Source of the DNA: Treponema sp.
GTDB taxonomy: Bacteria > Spirochaetota > Spirochaetia > Treponematales > Breznakiellaceae
NCBI GenBank assembly: GCA_031255285.1
Contig: JAIRSU010000089.1
Span: 1 to 54,302, forward strand
DNA: 54,302 bases
Reading direction: 5' to 3'
The position numbers and the translations under genes are program-made. The notes beneath the pieces are model-generated. The model had not been told where the DNA came from, ran no database searches, and saw only the letters and a program-made list of their open reading frames with translations. This document shows, piece after piece, positions 35,473 to 44,559 of the stretch (position 1 is the first letter of the stretch; each line of letters opens with the position of its first letter).

Positions 35473-36194
35473 GGTTCAAATTTATGGAAAAGAAGAAAAT
35501 TCTGCTGATAGCAATGATAACCGGCGTATTTTTAGCCGCCGTGATACTGTTTCCTCTTGTATTACTTTCAAACAGCAAGGCGACTGCGATGTCGGCATCT
35601 GTAAGTCCAGAAATTCATAATACGCCTCCTGCATCCGCGGACGTGGTGGAAATGGTAACTTCTCCGGTCCAGCAAAGAGAGACTTCTCAAAATATTACCA
35701 TCAATAATTATAGTCCTGAATCTAACGCGGTGGAAAGCGCGAAAAATCCGGATGGCTCTGTAACTATAAATGTTCTGCCGGCTAGTCCGGATCAGTCCCC
35801 GGTCGTAACTCAGACTCCACCTGTGGAAACCTCGTCCCGGCCCGCGCCCGTGGTGGAAAAGCCGGCCGTTTCACGAACTCCCACACCTGCTCCAGCAAAA
35901 ACTACTCCCGTCGTCGTAAAGCCAACCGTAAAGCCGAATCCAAAACAGCAAAAAAAGTCTGAGTATTGGATACAAGCAGGTTCGTTCACCCTTAAAGCTA
36001 ACGCCGAAAAAGCTAAAACAAGCCTTGACGGAGAAGGGATTCCTAAAGTAGTGGTTGAGAACAGTACCGTCAAAGAACAGACCGTGTTCCGTCTCCGTAG
36101 TGGACCTCATCGCACTAAAGAGGAAGCAGAATTTTGGCTAAAGCTCGTCAAGGCTCTGGATGATTTTAAAGAAAGCTACGTTATCGAGAGATAA
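35469..36194 (+). CDS. SPOR-domain membrane protein
   Basis: Has an N-terminal TM helix, a Pro/Thr/Val-rich linker and a C-terminal SPOR pattern (YWIQAGSFTLKANAEKAK...VFRLRSGPHRTKEEAE). Confidence 0.8.
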   Translation: MRFKFMEKKKILLIAMITGVFLAAVILFPLVLLSNSKATAMSASVSPEIHNTPPASADVVEMVTSPVQQRETSQNITINNYSPESNAVESAKNPDGSVTINVLPASPDQSPVVTQTPPVETSSRPAPVVEKPAVSRTPTPAPAKTTPVVVKPTVKPNPKQQKKSEYWIQAGSFTLKANAEKAKTSLDGEGIPKVVVENSTVKEQTVFRLRSGPHRTKEEAEFWLKLVKALDDFKESYVIER

Positions 36195-36255
36195 TTATCC
36201 TTTACCCGCCTCATGACTCTATCGCCGACCAAGTCGATCGAGTTCGCAGATGTTC

Positions 36256-36771
36256 TTAGTTTTGTTTAAAAAAGAAATCGTCCCTGAAATATTTCTTGAG
36301 CAGGTCTTCTGAAACTGCGTTTTTGCCGCTCATGTCTGTATACGTCGCCTCCAGAAAACCTTTTGTTAAATAAAAACATCCCAAAAGGAAGAATTGCGCC
36401 ACTCGCTCGATCGTTCCCACTGCTTGGTACATCTTAACGGGATTATCGAGAGGAAATTCGTTCATTATATACTCAATAATGGCTTGTTGGGAAAGACTCA
36501 TCGCGTAGATAATTTCAGAGATAGGATAACCGTCTTTCATACGAGCTTTCCCCATGCCTACAAAGAAACCGCCAACTAGGGAACGGTCAAGTCCTCTGTC
36601 TAATGTCCGTGCAAGCACCGGATATAATCCGGTATGAGACTCGATGAATTGTTCATCCGTCAAATCATTGTAGTGCTTGAGCTGTTCTGCTTTATGCATC
36701 TTGTTCTTCCATCGGGCCGCAAAATCGTGAGATTTAGTATTTAATGTGTCTATGAGAAGTCTATCAATCAT
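36256..36771 (-). CDS. Hypothetical cytoplasmic protein
   Basis: 171-aa ORF with good coding look and no motif I can name. It has no SD and appears leaderless (next feature). Confidence 0.6.
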   Translation of the reverse strand: MIDRLLIDTLNTKSHDFAARWKNKMHKAEQLKHYNDLTDEQFIESHTGLYPVLARTLDRGLDRSLVGGFFVGMGKARMKDGYPISEIIYAMSLSQQAIIEYIMNEFPLDNPVKMYQAVGTIERVAQFFLLGCFYLTKGFLEATYTDMSGKNAVSEDLLKKYFRDDFFFKQN

Positions 36772-36778
36772 GGGGACA

Positions 36779-36806
36779 ATTATAATACTTTCGAACTGAA
36801 ATGCAA
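36779..36806 (-). promoter_or_regulatory. Promoter abutting the ATG of the 36771 gene
   Basis: Minus-sense TTGCAT-16 nt-TATAAT-7 nt-ATG. Confidence 0.55.
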
Positions 36807-36868
36807 GTGGGAAAAGAGTTAAAAAATAAAAAAAGATTTGACAGGGCTAGGTGAATGTGGAAACCATT

Positions 36869-36979
36869 ATGGGAAAAGTCCTTGCCAAACTAGTAGTGAA
36901 TTTTATAGGTTGTTCTAAACCGTCAAAGTATAATATTTCTTTAGTAGAACGAAATACAATTAGGTTAATTTTTCCATGA
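36869..36979 (+). CDS. Candidate 36-aa small ORF (alternatively the body of a small RNA)
   Basis: ATG...TGA encodes MGKVLAKLVVNFIGCSKPSKYNISLVERNTIRLIFP. The stop lies 2 nt before a strong intrinsic terminator. The SD is weak (GGAAA) and it is not in the supplied ORF track. Confidence 0.25.
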   Translation: MGKVLAKLVVNFIGCSKPSKYNISLVERNTIRLIFP

Positions 36980-36980
36980 A

Positions 36981-37021
36981 CACTTCGGGTTTCCTTCCCC
37001 TTTCCCGAAGCGTTCTTTTTT
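36981..37021 (+). terminator. Intrinsic terminator of an orphan small transcription unit
   Basis: ACACTTCGGG (36981-90) pairs with CCCGAAGCGT (37004-13), with one mismatch, followed by TCTTTTTTT. Confidence 0.7.
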
Positions 37022-37148
37022 ATGCCGCTTTACAAGGCGTTACAGGAATTTTTTAGGCGAATGTGGTTATTTGCGAATGTTGAAATCGGAGCGAACATGG
37101 GCAAACGTAGGGCAGGATATTTGGAAGCGGAGTCGCTGAAAAGAAACA

Positions 37149-37177
37149 TTGACTATATCGCTGAAGCCTGCTAAACT
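37149..37177 (+). promoter_or_regulatory. Promoter abutting the ATG of the AraC gene
   Basis: TTGACT-17 nt-TAAACT-9 nt-ATG (37187). Confidence 0.5.
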
Positions 37178-37186
37178 ATTGAAGAT

Positions 37187-38020
37187 ATGCTGAATAAATC
37201 CAACTCTATTAACGGAGAAAGCCGCGTTGAAGAGCGTCTAGTACCTGACATTGACTACGCGATCTTTAGAAGATGTACTCCCTCATGGCGGATGTATCAA
37301 CATAGACTAGATTTTTGCGATATAACCTATATAACTGAAGGTAAGGCGCAGTACATCATTAACGGGAATAGCTATAATCTGCAAGACGGGGATCTGCTCT
37401 GTCTACCGAAAGGTTGCATCAGGTCAGGTATCACCTATCCCGATCATCTTATGTGCTGTTTTTCGGTGAATTTCCGCCTGAACAACTACAATGGTGAAAC
37501 GATGAGCCTTCCTTTCCCCATTGTTTCTCATGTGGGTTGCCAAAATGACATCATTAGTATGTTTCATACTCTGGTTAATACATGGATAGAGAAACAGCCT
37601 GGATATATTATTAAGACACAGGGACTATTTCTGTTAATTCTTCATCGCCTTTTTGAACTCATCGTATTTGATTCCACATTAGAAGAAGGTGACTACCGCG
37701 TCAAAAAGGCGATTCGCTACATAACAAGACATTACTCGGAACGGCTCTCGGTAAAAAATATAGCGAATATGGTCGGATTGAACGCGGTGTATTTCGGCGC
37801 ATTGTTCAAGCAATCGACAGGTCTTTCTATAAACCGCTACGTGATACAGACCAGAATCAAAAATGCGGAAAACTTTCTTATAAGCGGCGAATACAGAGTA
37901 GAGGAAGTCGCCGCTCATTGCGGATTTTCTGACGTGGCTCATTTCTATAAATTATTCAAAGAACTTATGGGGTTCCCGCCGTCCTACTATATCCCTAAAC
38001 ACGACAAAGTTATCGAATAA
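37187..38020 (+). CDS. AraC-family transcriptional regulator (cupin plus HTH)
   Basis: 277 aa with the C-terminal HTH pair VKNIANMVGLNAVYFGALFK...VEEVAAHCGFSDVAHFYKLFK. Confidence 0.85.
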   Translation: MLNKSNSINGESRVEERLVPDIDYAIFRRCTPSWRMYQHRLDFCDITYITEGKAQYIINGNSYNLQDGDLLCLPKGCIRSGITYPDHLMCCFSVNFRLNNYNGETMSLPFPIVSHVGCQNDIISMFHTLVNTWIEKQPGYIIKTQGLFLLILHRLFELIVFDSTLEEGDYRVKKAIRYITRHYSERLSVKNIANMVGLNAVYFGALFKQSTGLSINRYVIQTRIKNAENFLISGEYRVEEVAAHCGFSDVAHFYKLFKELMGFPPSYYIPKHDKVIE

Positions 38021-38134
38021 ATTGCAAGAAAAGAGGATATCCGCGGAGAGAAAAGTTGAGAGCATCTCCTTCTTCTCTCTCAAAACTGATACTCTTTAGT
38101 TTAATCAGGGAAACACTGTGGTTTGAGGTTAACA

Positions 38135-39832
38135 ATGGAAAAATCTAGAAAATTATTCGCCATCCGACAAGTTTTCGGCAAGAACAATGCGATTCTTTTC
38201 GTCTTGGCTTTGTTTCCCATCGCGGGGAGTGGCGTTGTATTCATAGCACCTTACTGCGCGGCTCTGGGAAAGGGTCTCGCAGAAGGAAGCGGCGTACCAT
38301 CGTCCCTTGTTCCAATCGCATTGTGGACAACGAAACAGGCGTTCTTCAGCGTACTTGCGGCGCTGGCATTAGGACTACCCGGTGCGTGGTTCGTCGGAAC
38401 AAGCGCCTCAAAATCAACGCGTACGCTGCGGGCGCTTTCGGCGATTCCGTTCGCCATGCCGTCTATTCTCGTGGTGCTGGGCTTCGTGCTTTTCTTTGGC
38501 AACAACGGCATCGTTAACCGTTTCTTTATGTTTTTTACCGGGTTAAAGGAACCGCCCGTCCGCATCCTCTATCAAACATCGTCTATCATATTGGCTCATG
38601 CTTTTTACAACTTCCCCTTGGTCATACGACTCGTGGGCGACTCTCTTGAAAAAACGCGGCGCTTGTTATCTGCACCAGCCGCGGTTCTCGGCGCAAACCC
38701 TCTTGTCACGGCCGTTACCATCTTTTTACCCGCAATCCTCCCTTCTCTCATAACGGCAAGCCTGCTCGTGTTCCTTTACAGTTTCACCAGCTTCGCAGTT
38801 GTACTCGTTCTGGGCGGCGGACCGAAAGCCGGCACTTTAGCCGTGGAAATCTACCGGTATGCCCGTGTATCGCTCTCGTTTCGTGATGCAGGCGTCCTTG
38901 CGGCAGCGGAAACCGCTATAGCCCTGCTTGTCTTTGGGCTCTACTTGTTTTTTTCACATAAAACGCAGATGTCCACGATGGATTCTATAGACCGTCCTGT
39001 TTATACGCCTAAAGAATCCATCTTTAGAAGAATTTCATTCATCCTTTATCTTGGAGCTATACTCTTTTTGGCAGTAGGACCTCTATTGTCAGTTTTCGTG
39101 GAGTCGTTTCTAGCACGGAGTTCTCGTGCAGGTTCAGTGGTAATAAGCCTGCGGTGGTGGATCGGCGTAAACAAAAACATCCTGCCTGCGTTCTACCGTT
39201 CCGCGCTTCTAGCGGTTTGGTCAGCATCATCATCCTGTGTTTTAGCAATTTGCGCGGCATTCAGCATTAACGCCCTCAAGAATCTAGCTGAAAATGAACA
39301 TGGCATCTCGCGCTTCAGAAAAAGCTTTTGGCGTTTCCTTGGGATTCTGATAAAAGTGTGTGCGATAAGTCCCCTCTTGTCATCAGGAATCGTGTTAGGA
39401 CTTGGTTTCATCATCATTTACGGTGGATTTTTCTCCACATCTCCCAACAGTAGCGGCGTTTTGGCCGTGATAGCGATTCATGCAGTAACGGTTCTACCAT
39501 TCACGTTCAACGCGGTTATGGAGGGTTTTAACAGCATCCCGAAGAACATCCTGTCTGCGGCCGAGGTCATGGGCGCGCATCCTCTGATGCGGCTCTTGGC
39601 AGTAGATATTCCGATGAGTGCGATTCACATTCGTTCAGCATGGGGCTTCGCAGCCGCATTGAGCCTGGGTGAACTTAATGCGGTTATGATGCTCGGTTTG
39701 GAGAACTTTGAAACGCTGCCTCTGTTGATTTATCGCGCCGCAGGCGCGTATCGCTACGGTACGGCTTGTGCGGCGGGCGTTATTCTTATCTTGTGTTGCA
39801 CAGGCGCTCTCCTGCTAACCCGGGAAAAATGA
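38135..39832 (+). CDS. ABC transporter permease with two fused permease domains (iron(III)/thiamine-type)
   Basis: About 565 aa with 12 predicted hydrophobic helices in two homologous halves, each with an EAA-like loop (...VLGANPL.. / ..VMGAHPL..). Start is taken at ATG 38135 (the ORF opens at TTG 38123). Confidence 0.8.
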   Translation: MEKSRKLFAIRQVFGKNNAILFVLALFPIAGSGVVFIAPYCAALGKGLAEGSGVPSSLVPIALWTTKQAFFSVLAALALGLPGAWFVGTSASKSTRTLRALSAIPFAMPSILVVLGFVLFFGNNGIVNRFFMFFTGLKEPPVRILYQTSSIILAHAFYNFPLVIRLVGDSLEKTRRLLSAPAAVLGANPLVTAVTIFLPAILPSLITASLLVFLYSFTSFAVVLVLGGGPKAGTLAVEIYRYARVSLSFRDAGVLAAAETAIALLVFGLYLFFSHKTQMSTMDSIDRPVYTPKESIFRRISFILYLGAILFLAVGPLLSVFVESFLARSSRAGSVVISLRWWIGVNKNILPAFYRSALLAVWSASSSCVLAICAAFSINALKNLAENEHGISRFRKSFWRFLGILIKVCAISPLLSSGIVLGLGFIIIYGGFFSTSPNSSGVLAVIAIHAVTVLPFTFNAVMEGFNSIPKNILSAAEVMGAHPLMRLLAVDIPMSAIHIRSAWGFAAALSLGELNAVMMLGLENFETLPLLIYRAAGAYRYGTACAAGVILILCCTGALLLTREK

Positions 39833-39869
39833 GAATAGTCGTGGACTGAACCGTTTATACGCGGCATCC

Positions 39870-39898
39870 TTGACAAAAACACCATTTCTCGCAATACT
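39870..39898 (+). promoter_or_regulatory. Promoter abutting the alaA ATG
   Basis: TTGACA-17 nt-AATACT-10 nt-ATG (39909). Confidence 0.5.
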
Positions 39899-39908
39899 TG
39901 AGTCCACT

Positions 39909-41138
39909 ATGCGACTCTTTCAACAGTCTTTAAAACTAAGCAATGTCTGTTACGATATACGCGGACCCGTCTTAAAAGAAGCAAAGCGTATGGAAGCCGA
40001 TGGGTTCCACATCATAAAACTAAACATCGGAAATCCAGCTGCATTTGGGTTCAACGCCCCTGATGAAATCGTCCATGACATCATCATTAATATGCAGAAT
40101 GCGCAGGGCTACGGCGACTCTCAAGGGCTTTTTGCAGCGCGAAAAGCGGTCATGCATGACTTTCAGAGCAGGGGAATCATGGATATAGGCGTCGACGACA
40201 TATTCATCGGCAACGGAGTAAGCGAGCTGATTATGATTTCTATGCAGAGCTTGTTAGACTCCGGAGATGAAGTCCTTGTCCCGGCGCCGGACTATCCACT
40301 GTGGACCGCGGCGATCACTCTGTCCGGCGGAACAGCCGTTCACTACATCTGCGATGAGGCATCGGACTGGAATCCAGACATAGCCGACATGGAGGCGAAA
40401 GTTACAGACCGAACCAAAGCTATCGTCGTCATCAATCCGAATAATCCTACAGGCGCTGTTTATGATAAGAGTATTTTACAAGGTATCGCCAAAATCGCCC
40501 GTGAACATGGTCTGATTGTATTTGCGGATGAAATCTACGACCGTATCGTCTATGATGGGGTGAACCACACGCCCTTCGCGTCCATTGATCCGGAAGTACT
40601 CACCATTTGTTTCAATGGACTGTCTAAATCGTGGCGTTCGGCGGGTTTTCGTGCGGGATGGATGGCGTTCTCCGGCAATAAGAAGGTCGCCGCCAATCAG
40701 ACAGGCGACGGGTACTTAGACGGCGTTCAGATGCTTACCAATATGCGGCTATGTGCAAATATGCCCGCCCAATTCGGTATACAGACAGCGCTTGGCGGAT
40801 ACCAGAGTATCAACGACCTTGTCCTGCCTGGCGGCAGACTCCGCGAACAGAGGGACGCGGCGCTGAACCTCCTCGCCGATATTCCCGGAATATCGGTCGT
40901 CCCCCCAAAGGGCGCTCTTTATTGTTTCCCAAAAGTTGATGTGCAGCGATTCAACATCACAGACGATGAGCGTTTTATGATAGATATGCTTCACGAACAG
41001 CGATTATTGATGGTCCACGGTAGAGGTTTTAACTGGAAAGACCCTGACCACTTCCGCATCGTGTTCCTGCCGGACAAAGAGACGCTTACCGACGCTCTGC
41101 ATCGTATGGGGAATTTTCTGGCGCATTATAAACAATGA
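39909..41138 (+). CDS. alaA: Class I/II aminotransferase, AlaA (glutamate-pyruvate) type
   Basis: Colinear with E. coli AlaA as I recall it: SNVCYDIRGPVLKEAKR, KLNIGNPA.FGF, VPAPDYPLWTAA, NPNNPTGAVY, FNGLSKS.R.AGFR, MRLCAN.PAQ and DHFRIV.LP. Confidence 0.88.
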   Translation: MRLFQQSLKLSNVCYDIRGPVLKEAKRMEADGFHIIKLNIGNPAAFGFNAPDEIVHDIIINMQNAQGYGDSQGLFAARKAVMHDFQSRGIMDIGVDDIFIGNGVSELIMISMQSLLDSGDEVLVPAPDYPLWTAAITLSGGTAVHYICDEASDWNPDIADMEAKVTDRTKAIVVINPNNPTGAVYDKSILQGIAKIAREHGLIVFADEIYDRIVYDGVNHTPFASIDPEVLTICFNGLSKSWRSAGFRAGWMAFSGNKKVAANQTGDGYLDGVQMLTNMRLCANMPAQFGIQTALGGYQSINDLVLPGGRLREQRDAALNLLADIPGISVVPPKGALYCFPKVDVQRFNITDDERFMIDMLHEQRLLMVHGRGFNWKDPDHFRIVFLPDKETLTDALHRMGNFLAHYKQ

Positions 41139-41152
41139 AAGGGGGAAAAACG

Positions 41153-41174
41153 GCGCGGTTGGATGCCGCGCTTT
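41153..41174 (+). terminator. Hairpin after alaA
   Basis: GCGCGG (41153-58)/CCGCGC (41166-71), then TTTACG. The U-run is short. Confidence 0.4.
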
Positions 41175-41250
41175 ACGCGCCCGCACCGTTTGAATGAACT
41201 TATATATAATATCGGTTCATAACAGAATAAGTTTAGAAAAGGAGAGAAAT

Positions 41251-41856
41251 ATGTTTAAAGAATTTTTACCGTATAATGTAGTACGGAACAACGCGCTCAA
41301 ACTAGCTCATAGAATTTACCATGATGGCTTTACGCCGGACGTCATCTATGTATCGCTCCGGGGCGGTGCGTACATGGGAAATGTCGTCAGCGAGTATTTC
41401 AAGATAATAAAGACAGGCAGACCCGTTTACTATGCGGCTGTGGTCGCCCGTTCTTATACAGACGTCCGCACTTCGGAAAAAATCAAGGTTGAAGGATGGA
41501 CCTACGACCCAGCGCATCTCCGAGTCGGCGACAAAGTATTGATGGTTGACGACATCTTCGATTCCGGCAAGACCATTAACTTCCTGGCGGACATCATCCT
41601 TGAAAAGGGTATTCCCCGTAAAGACCTGAAAGTAGCGGTTCACGACTATAAGTACTTTTACGACAAACCCGAACAGCTTCCCGTCCAGCCAGACTATTTT
41701 TGTAGAAAACATAGCCTTTCAGTCAAAGACGAAGATATGTGGATACATTATATGAGCCACGAACTAATAGGTTTAAGTAAAGAAGAATTGGAGAAGAATT
41801 ACTACACCCATGACCCGGACCTGCATGAAGTACTGGACATTATGGGAGAGAAATAA
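41251..41856 (+). CDS. Phosphoribosyltransferase (purine PRT-like)
   Basis: Start is moved to MFKEF (SD AAGGAGAG). The PRPP-binding motif is VLMVDDIFDSGKT. Confidence 0.8.
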   Translation: MFKEFLPYNVVRNNALKLAHRIYHDGFTPDVIYVSLRGGAYMGNVVSEYFKIIKTGRPVYYAAVVARSYTDVRTSEKIKVEGWTYDPAHLRVGDKVLMVDDIFDSGKTINFLADIILEKGIPRKDLKVAVHDYKYFYDKPEQLPVQPDYFCRKHSLSVKDEDMWIHYMSHELIGLSKEELEKNYYTHDPDLHEVLDIMGEK

Positions 41857-41908
41857 AGATTCTTCCCTCTGTTTTCGCCGCTCTTGTTCCGAAACCTAAA
41901 GGGACGCT

Positions 41909-43759
41909 ATGGATTATTTTGAAACAGATGATGTTGTAAAAGACTATGACAGCCGCATAACGGTTCGCATCCTCTCATTCCTGAAACCGCACAAACCCTT
42001 GGTATGTCTAACCATAGTCGCGTTGATACTATCCACACTCGGCGAACTGGTCATACCAGTTCTGCAGAAACAAGTCATAGACGCGGCGATATTAGCAGTA
42101 GGCGCAAGACAAGAAGGAGAGTCTGGAGAGCACATGCCGCAATCCCAGGCATTGAAGGAGCCGCCTGCGCCAGACACAGCGGGCTTTATCGTCCGTACCA
42201 CTCTTATTCTCCTTGGCGTACTGATATTAGTATTTGCATTTACATTTATACAGACATGGACGTCGACCCTCATTGGGCAAGAGGTGATGAAGGACATACG
42301 CCTTGCGCTCTTTAAGAAAACCATAGGACAGTCAACCGCATTTCTATCACGGCATCCTGTTGGGCGTATTGTTACCCGCCTGACAAGCGATATAGAGACC
42401 ATCAACCAGTTCTTCACCGAAGTGCTTTCCGCCTTTTTGAAGGACATTGCGATCATGGTCGGAGTGATTATCACCTTGTTCTTACTCTCCGCGAAACTAG
42501 CGATTGTAGTTGTTGCGCTTTTGCCGCCTGTACTTGCCATTTCCGTATGGAGTCGCGTCCGCGCCCGTGACGCCTTCCGCAGACAGCGCGTCGCTTCCTC
42601 GCGGGTCAACGCCTATTTATCCGAGAGACTCGCAGGCGTGCAGACGGTACAATTATTCACAGCCGAGAAAAGAAGCCGCGCCGAATTCCACGAGTGCAAC
42701 GAGGAACTTTTGTCCGCAAATATGGGCGAGATGTACGTCTATGCGACCTTTCGTCCAATCGTCGAGTGGCTCTCCGTACTGACCACGGCCGCGGTCCTTA
42801 TATTCGGTGCGAACTTCGTTACCAATGCTTCGCTTTCCATTGGGACGCTAATCGCTTTCATTAACCTTGTAGGGATGTTTTACAACCCTGTGATGGACAT
42901 AGCCGAGAAGTACACGATATTGCAGTCTGCGATGGCGGGCGGCGAGCGGGTTTTTGGACTTTTAGATGTAAATGAACAAATTCCTGATAAAGGAACGCAG
43001 GATATATCTCCAATTCGGGGACATATTGTGTTTGAAGACGTCCATTTCTCCTATAAAGAGGGTGAAGAGGTGCTGAGAGGTTTGACCTTTACCGTTAACC
43101 CTGGTGAAATGGCTGCGATTGTAGGCTTAACCGGAGCGGGAAAGACCACAATCACCAATATTTTCACTCGTTTATGGGATATTGACAGCGGGGATGTCAA
43201 GTTAGACGGGGTTTCTGTTCAGGATATTCCCCTGCAAACGCTACGCACCAACGTCCTGCCTGTTTTGCAGGACGTCTTCCTGTTTTCCGGCACAGTTGCG
43301 GACAATATCCGTCTGGGGCTAGACATTACAGACGACGAGGCGACGGCTTCCGCAATGGCGGCATCGGCGCACGACTTCATTTCTCGTTTACCTGACGGGT
43401 ACAACACGGTTTTATCCGAAGGGGCTACGAATATCTCGGCGGGTCAGCGGCAACTCATCAGCTTTGCGCGAGTGATAGCGCACAACCCGTCTGTCGTCAT
43501 TCTGGATGAAGCCACAAGCTCGATTGACACCGAGACCGAGACTCTGCTTCAGAAAGGCATGGAGTCAGTTTTACGAGGACGCACTTCTATCGTCATAGCG
43601 CATCGGCTCTCCACTATACGGCATGCAGACCGCATCATAGTACTTTCCAGCGGGCGCGTCATAGAACAGGGTAAACACGACGCTCTCGTCGCCCAAAACG
43701 GCGTTTATGCCCGCCTCTACCGCCTCCAACAGCAGGCACCGCAGGCGGAGCCTGTTTAA
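41909..43759 (+). CDS. ABC exporter, fused permease/ATPase (MsbA/MdlB-like)
   Basis: 616 aa with 6 TM segments, then Walker A GLTGAGKTT, signature LSAGQRQ and Walker B VVILDEATS. Confidence 0.88.
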   Translation: MDYFETDDVVKDYDSRITVRILSFLKPHKPLVCLTIVALILSTLGELVIPVLQKQVIDAAILAVGARQEGESGEHMPQSQALKEPPAPDTAGFIVRTTLILLGVLILVFAFTFIQTWTSTLIGQEVMKDIRLALFKKTIGQSTAFLSRHPVGRIVTRLTSDIETINQFFTEVLSAFLKDIAIMVGVIITLFLLSAKLAIVVVALLPPVLAISVWSRVRARDAFRRQRVASSRVNAYLSERLAGVQTVQLFTAEKRSRAEFHECNEELLSANMGEMYVYATFRPIVEWLSVLTTAAVLIFGANFVTNASLSIGTLIAFINLVGMFYNPVMDIAEKYTILQSAMAGGERVFGLLDVNEQIPDKGTQDISPIRGHIVFEDVHFSYKEGEEVLRGLTFTVNPGEMAAIVGLTGAGKTTITNIFTRLWDIDSGDVKLDGVSVQDIPLQTLRTNVLPVLQDVFLFSGTVADNIRLGLDITDDEATASAMAASAHDFISRLPDGYNTVLSEGATNISAGQRQLISFARVIAHNPSVVILDEATSSIDTETETLLQKGMESVLRGRTSIVIAHRLSTIRHADRIIVLSSGRVIEQGKHDALVAQNGVYARLYRLQQQAPQAEPV

Positions 43760-43836
43760 CGACTCCCAACGGACATTGTCTGAAAGGGGCGCCGCTGTCC
43801 CCGACTTGACGGTTGCGCCTACGGAGCCTACATGAC

Positions 43837-43851
43837 GCGGTGCCAGACACC
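43837..43851 (+). repeat. Left flanking repeat of the transposase locus
   Basis: GCGGTGCCAGACACC. It recurs as CGTGCCAGACACC at 44013-44025 and in inverted, perfectly palindromic form at 44511-44526. Confidence 0.6.
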
Positions 43852-44007
43852 ACACGCCGCTGTCCCCCGCAGGCAACGCCTGCTCAAGGCGCGGAAGCCT
43901 CAATCGTTATCTGCTTTGCGTACACGTCTCCCCGTACGTCTTGTATGTACACGCCCTTCCTTATTCGTGATTTTACGCATGAGCCTGTCGAAGAACTCCA
44001 GCAGGCA

Positions 44008-44521
44008 ATGCCCGTGCCAGACACCCGCACACCACATAGTGTGAGGGCGGCACACCGCAGAGTAAGGAGCGACGTACCACGTTACGTCAAGAATAGACCA
44101 GGACGACAGGTGCCTTCTTGAACCGCAATTCAAGATGTTATTCCTCTCCTTTGTTAAGAGAGCGAAGCGGAAGTTCTATTTCCAGTTATGGGATTTCTGC
44201 GTCATGGGAAATCATATTCATTTCCTGATAAAGCCGGGGAAAGGCGGCAATTTATCAGAGATAATGCAGTGGATAAAGTGTAATTTTGCCAAAACGTGGA
44301 ACAAAGCGCATGGACGCAAGGGTCATGTGTGGGGAGAACGCTTCTATTCACGGATAATCAGCGGTATAACGGACTTCTTGCGGGTACGGGAATACATAGC
44401 GGACAATCCTGTGAAGGCTGGACTTGTGGAACGAGCCGCGGAGTGGATGTTTGGGAGCCTATACCACCGTCTGCATCGACAATCTGACTTACTAGATGAA
44501 CCTGATATCGACGGTGTCTGA
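44008..44521 (+). pseudogene. HUH/Y1 (IS200-like, REP-associated-type) tyrosine transposase, apparently frameshifted near codon 20
   Basis: The frame from 44066 reads GATYHVTSR...CVMGNHIHFL (HUH)...GHVWGERFYSR...REYIADNPVKAGL (catalytic Y). That frame has stops at 44042 and 44063 and no start before the internal Met at 44135. An ATG at 44008 opens a different frame (MPVPDTRTPHSVRAAHRRVRS...), which would supply a normal-length N-terminus after a 1-nt shift. Confidence 0.65.
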
Positions 44522-44526
44522 CACCG
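44511..44526 (+). repeat. Perfect palindrome overlapping the transposase stop codon
   Basis: ACGGTGTC-T-GACACCG. It is the inverted counterpart of the GGTGCCAGACACC repeats upstream. Confidence 0.7.
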
Positions 44527-44536
44527 ACGGCAGGCA

Positions 44537-44559
44537 GGGCAGGCAAAGTCTACGTGGGA
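44537..44559 (+). repeat. Dispersed intergenic repeat, partial copy E
   Basis: GGGCAGGCAAAGTCTACGTGGGA compared with copy A GGGCAGACAAAGTCTGCGGGA. Confidence 0.55.

Noticed and set aside
36868-36885. RNase P RNA-like GGAAAGUCC motif (atGGGAAAAGTCCttg)
   Set aside because: The motif is inexact. The surrounding 415-bp AT-rich gap lacks the other universally conserved RNase P regions and is too short and unstructured for that RNA.
38021-38134. TPP riboswitch upstream of the thiamine/iron-type ABC permease
   Set aside because: Only loose resemblance (TTGAGA, CTGAT...ATCAGGGAA). The conserved CUGAGA...ACCUGAUCUGGAUAAUGCCAGCG core and the pairing elements are absent, and the gap is short.
41251-41856. 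Functional link between the phosphoribosyltransferase gene and the TerD genes, as PRTases occur in some ter-associated clusters
   Set aside because: The genes are 33 kb apart, separated by dozens of housekeeping genes, and have independent expression signals. No evidence of association exists in this window.
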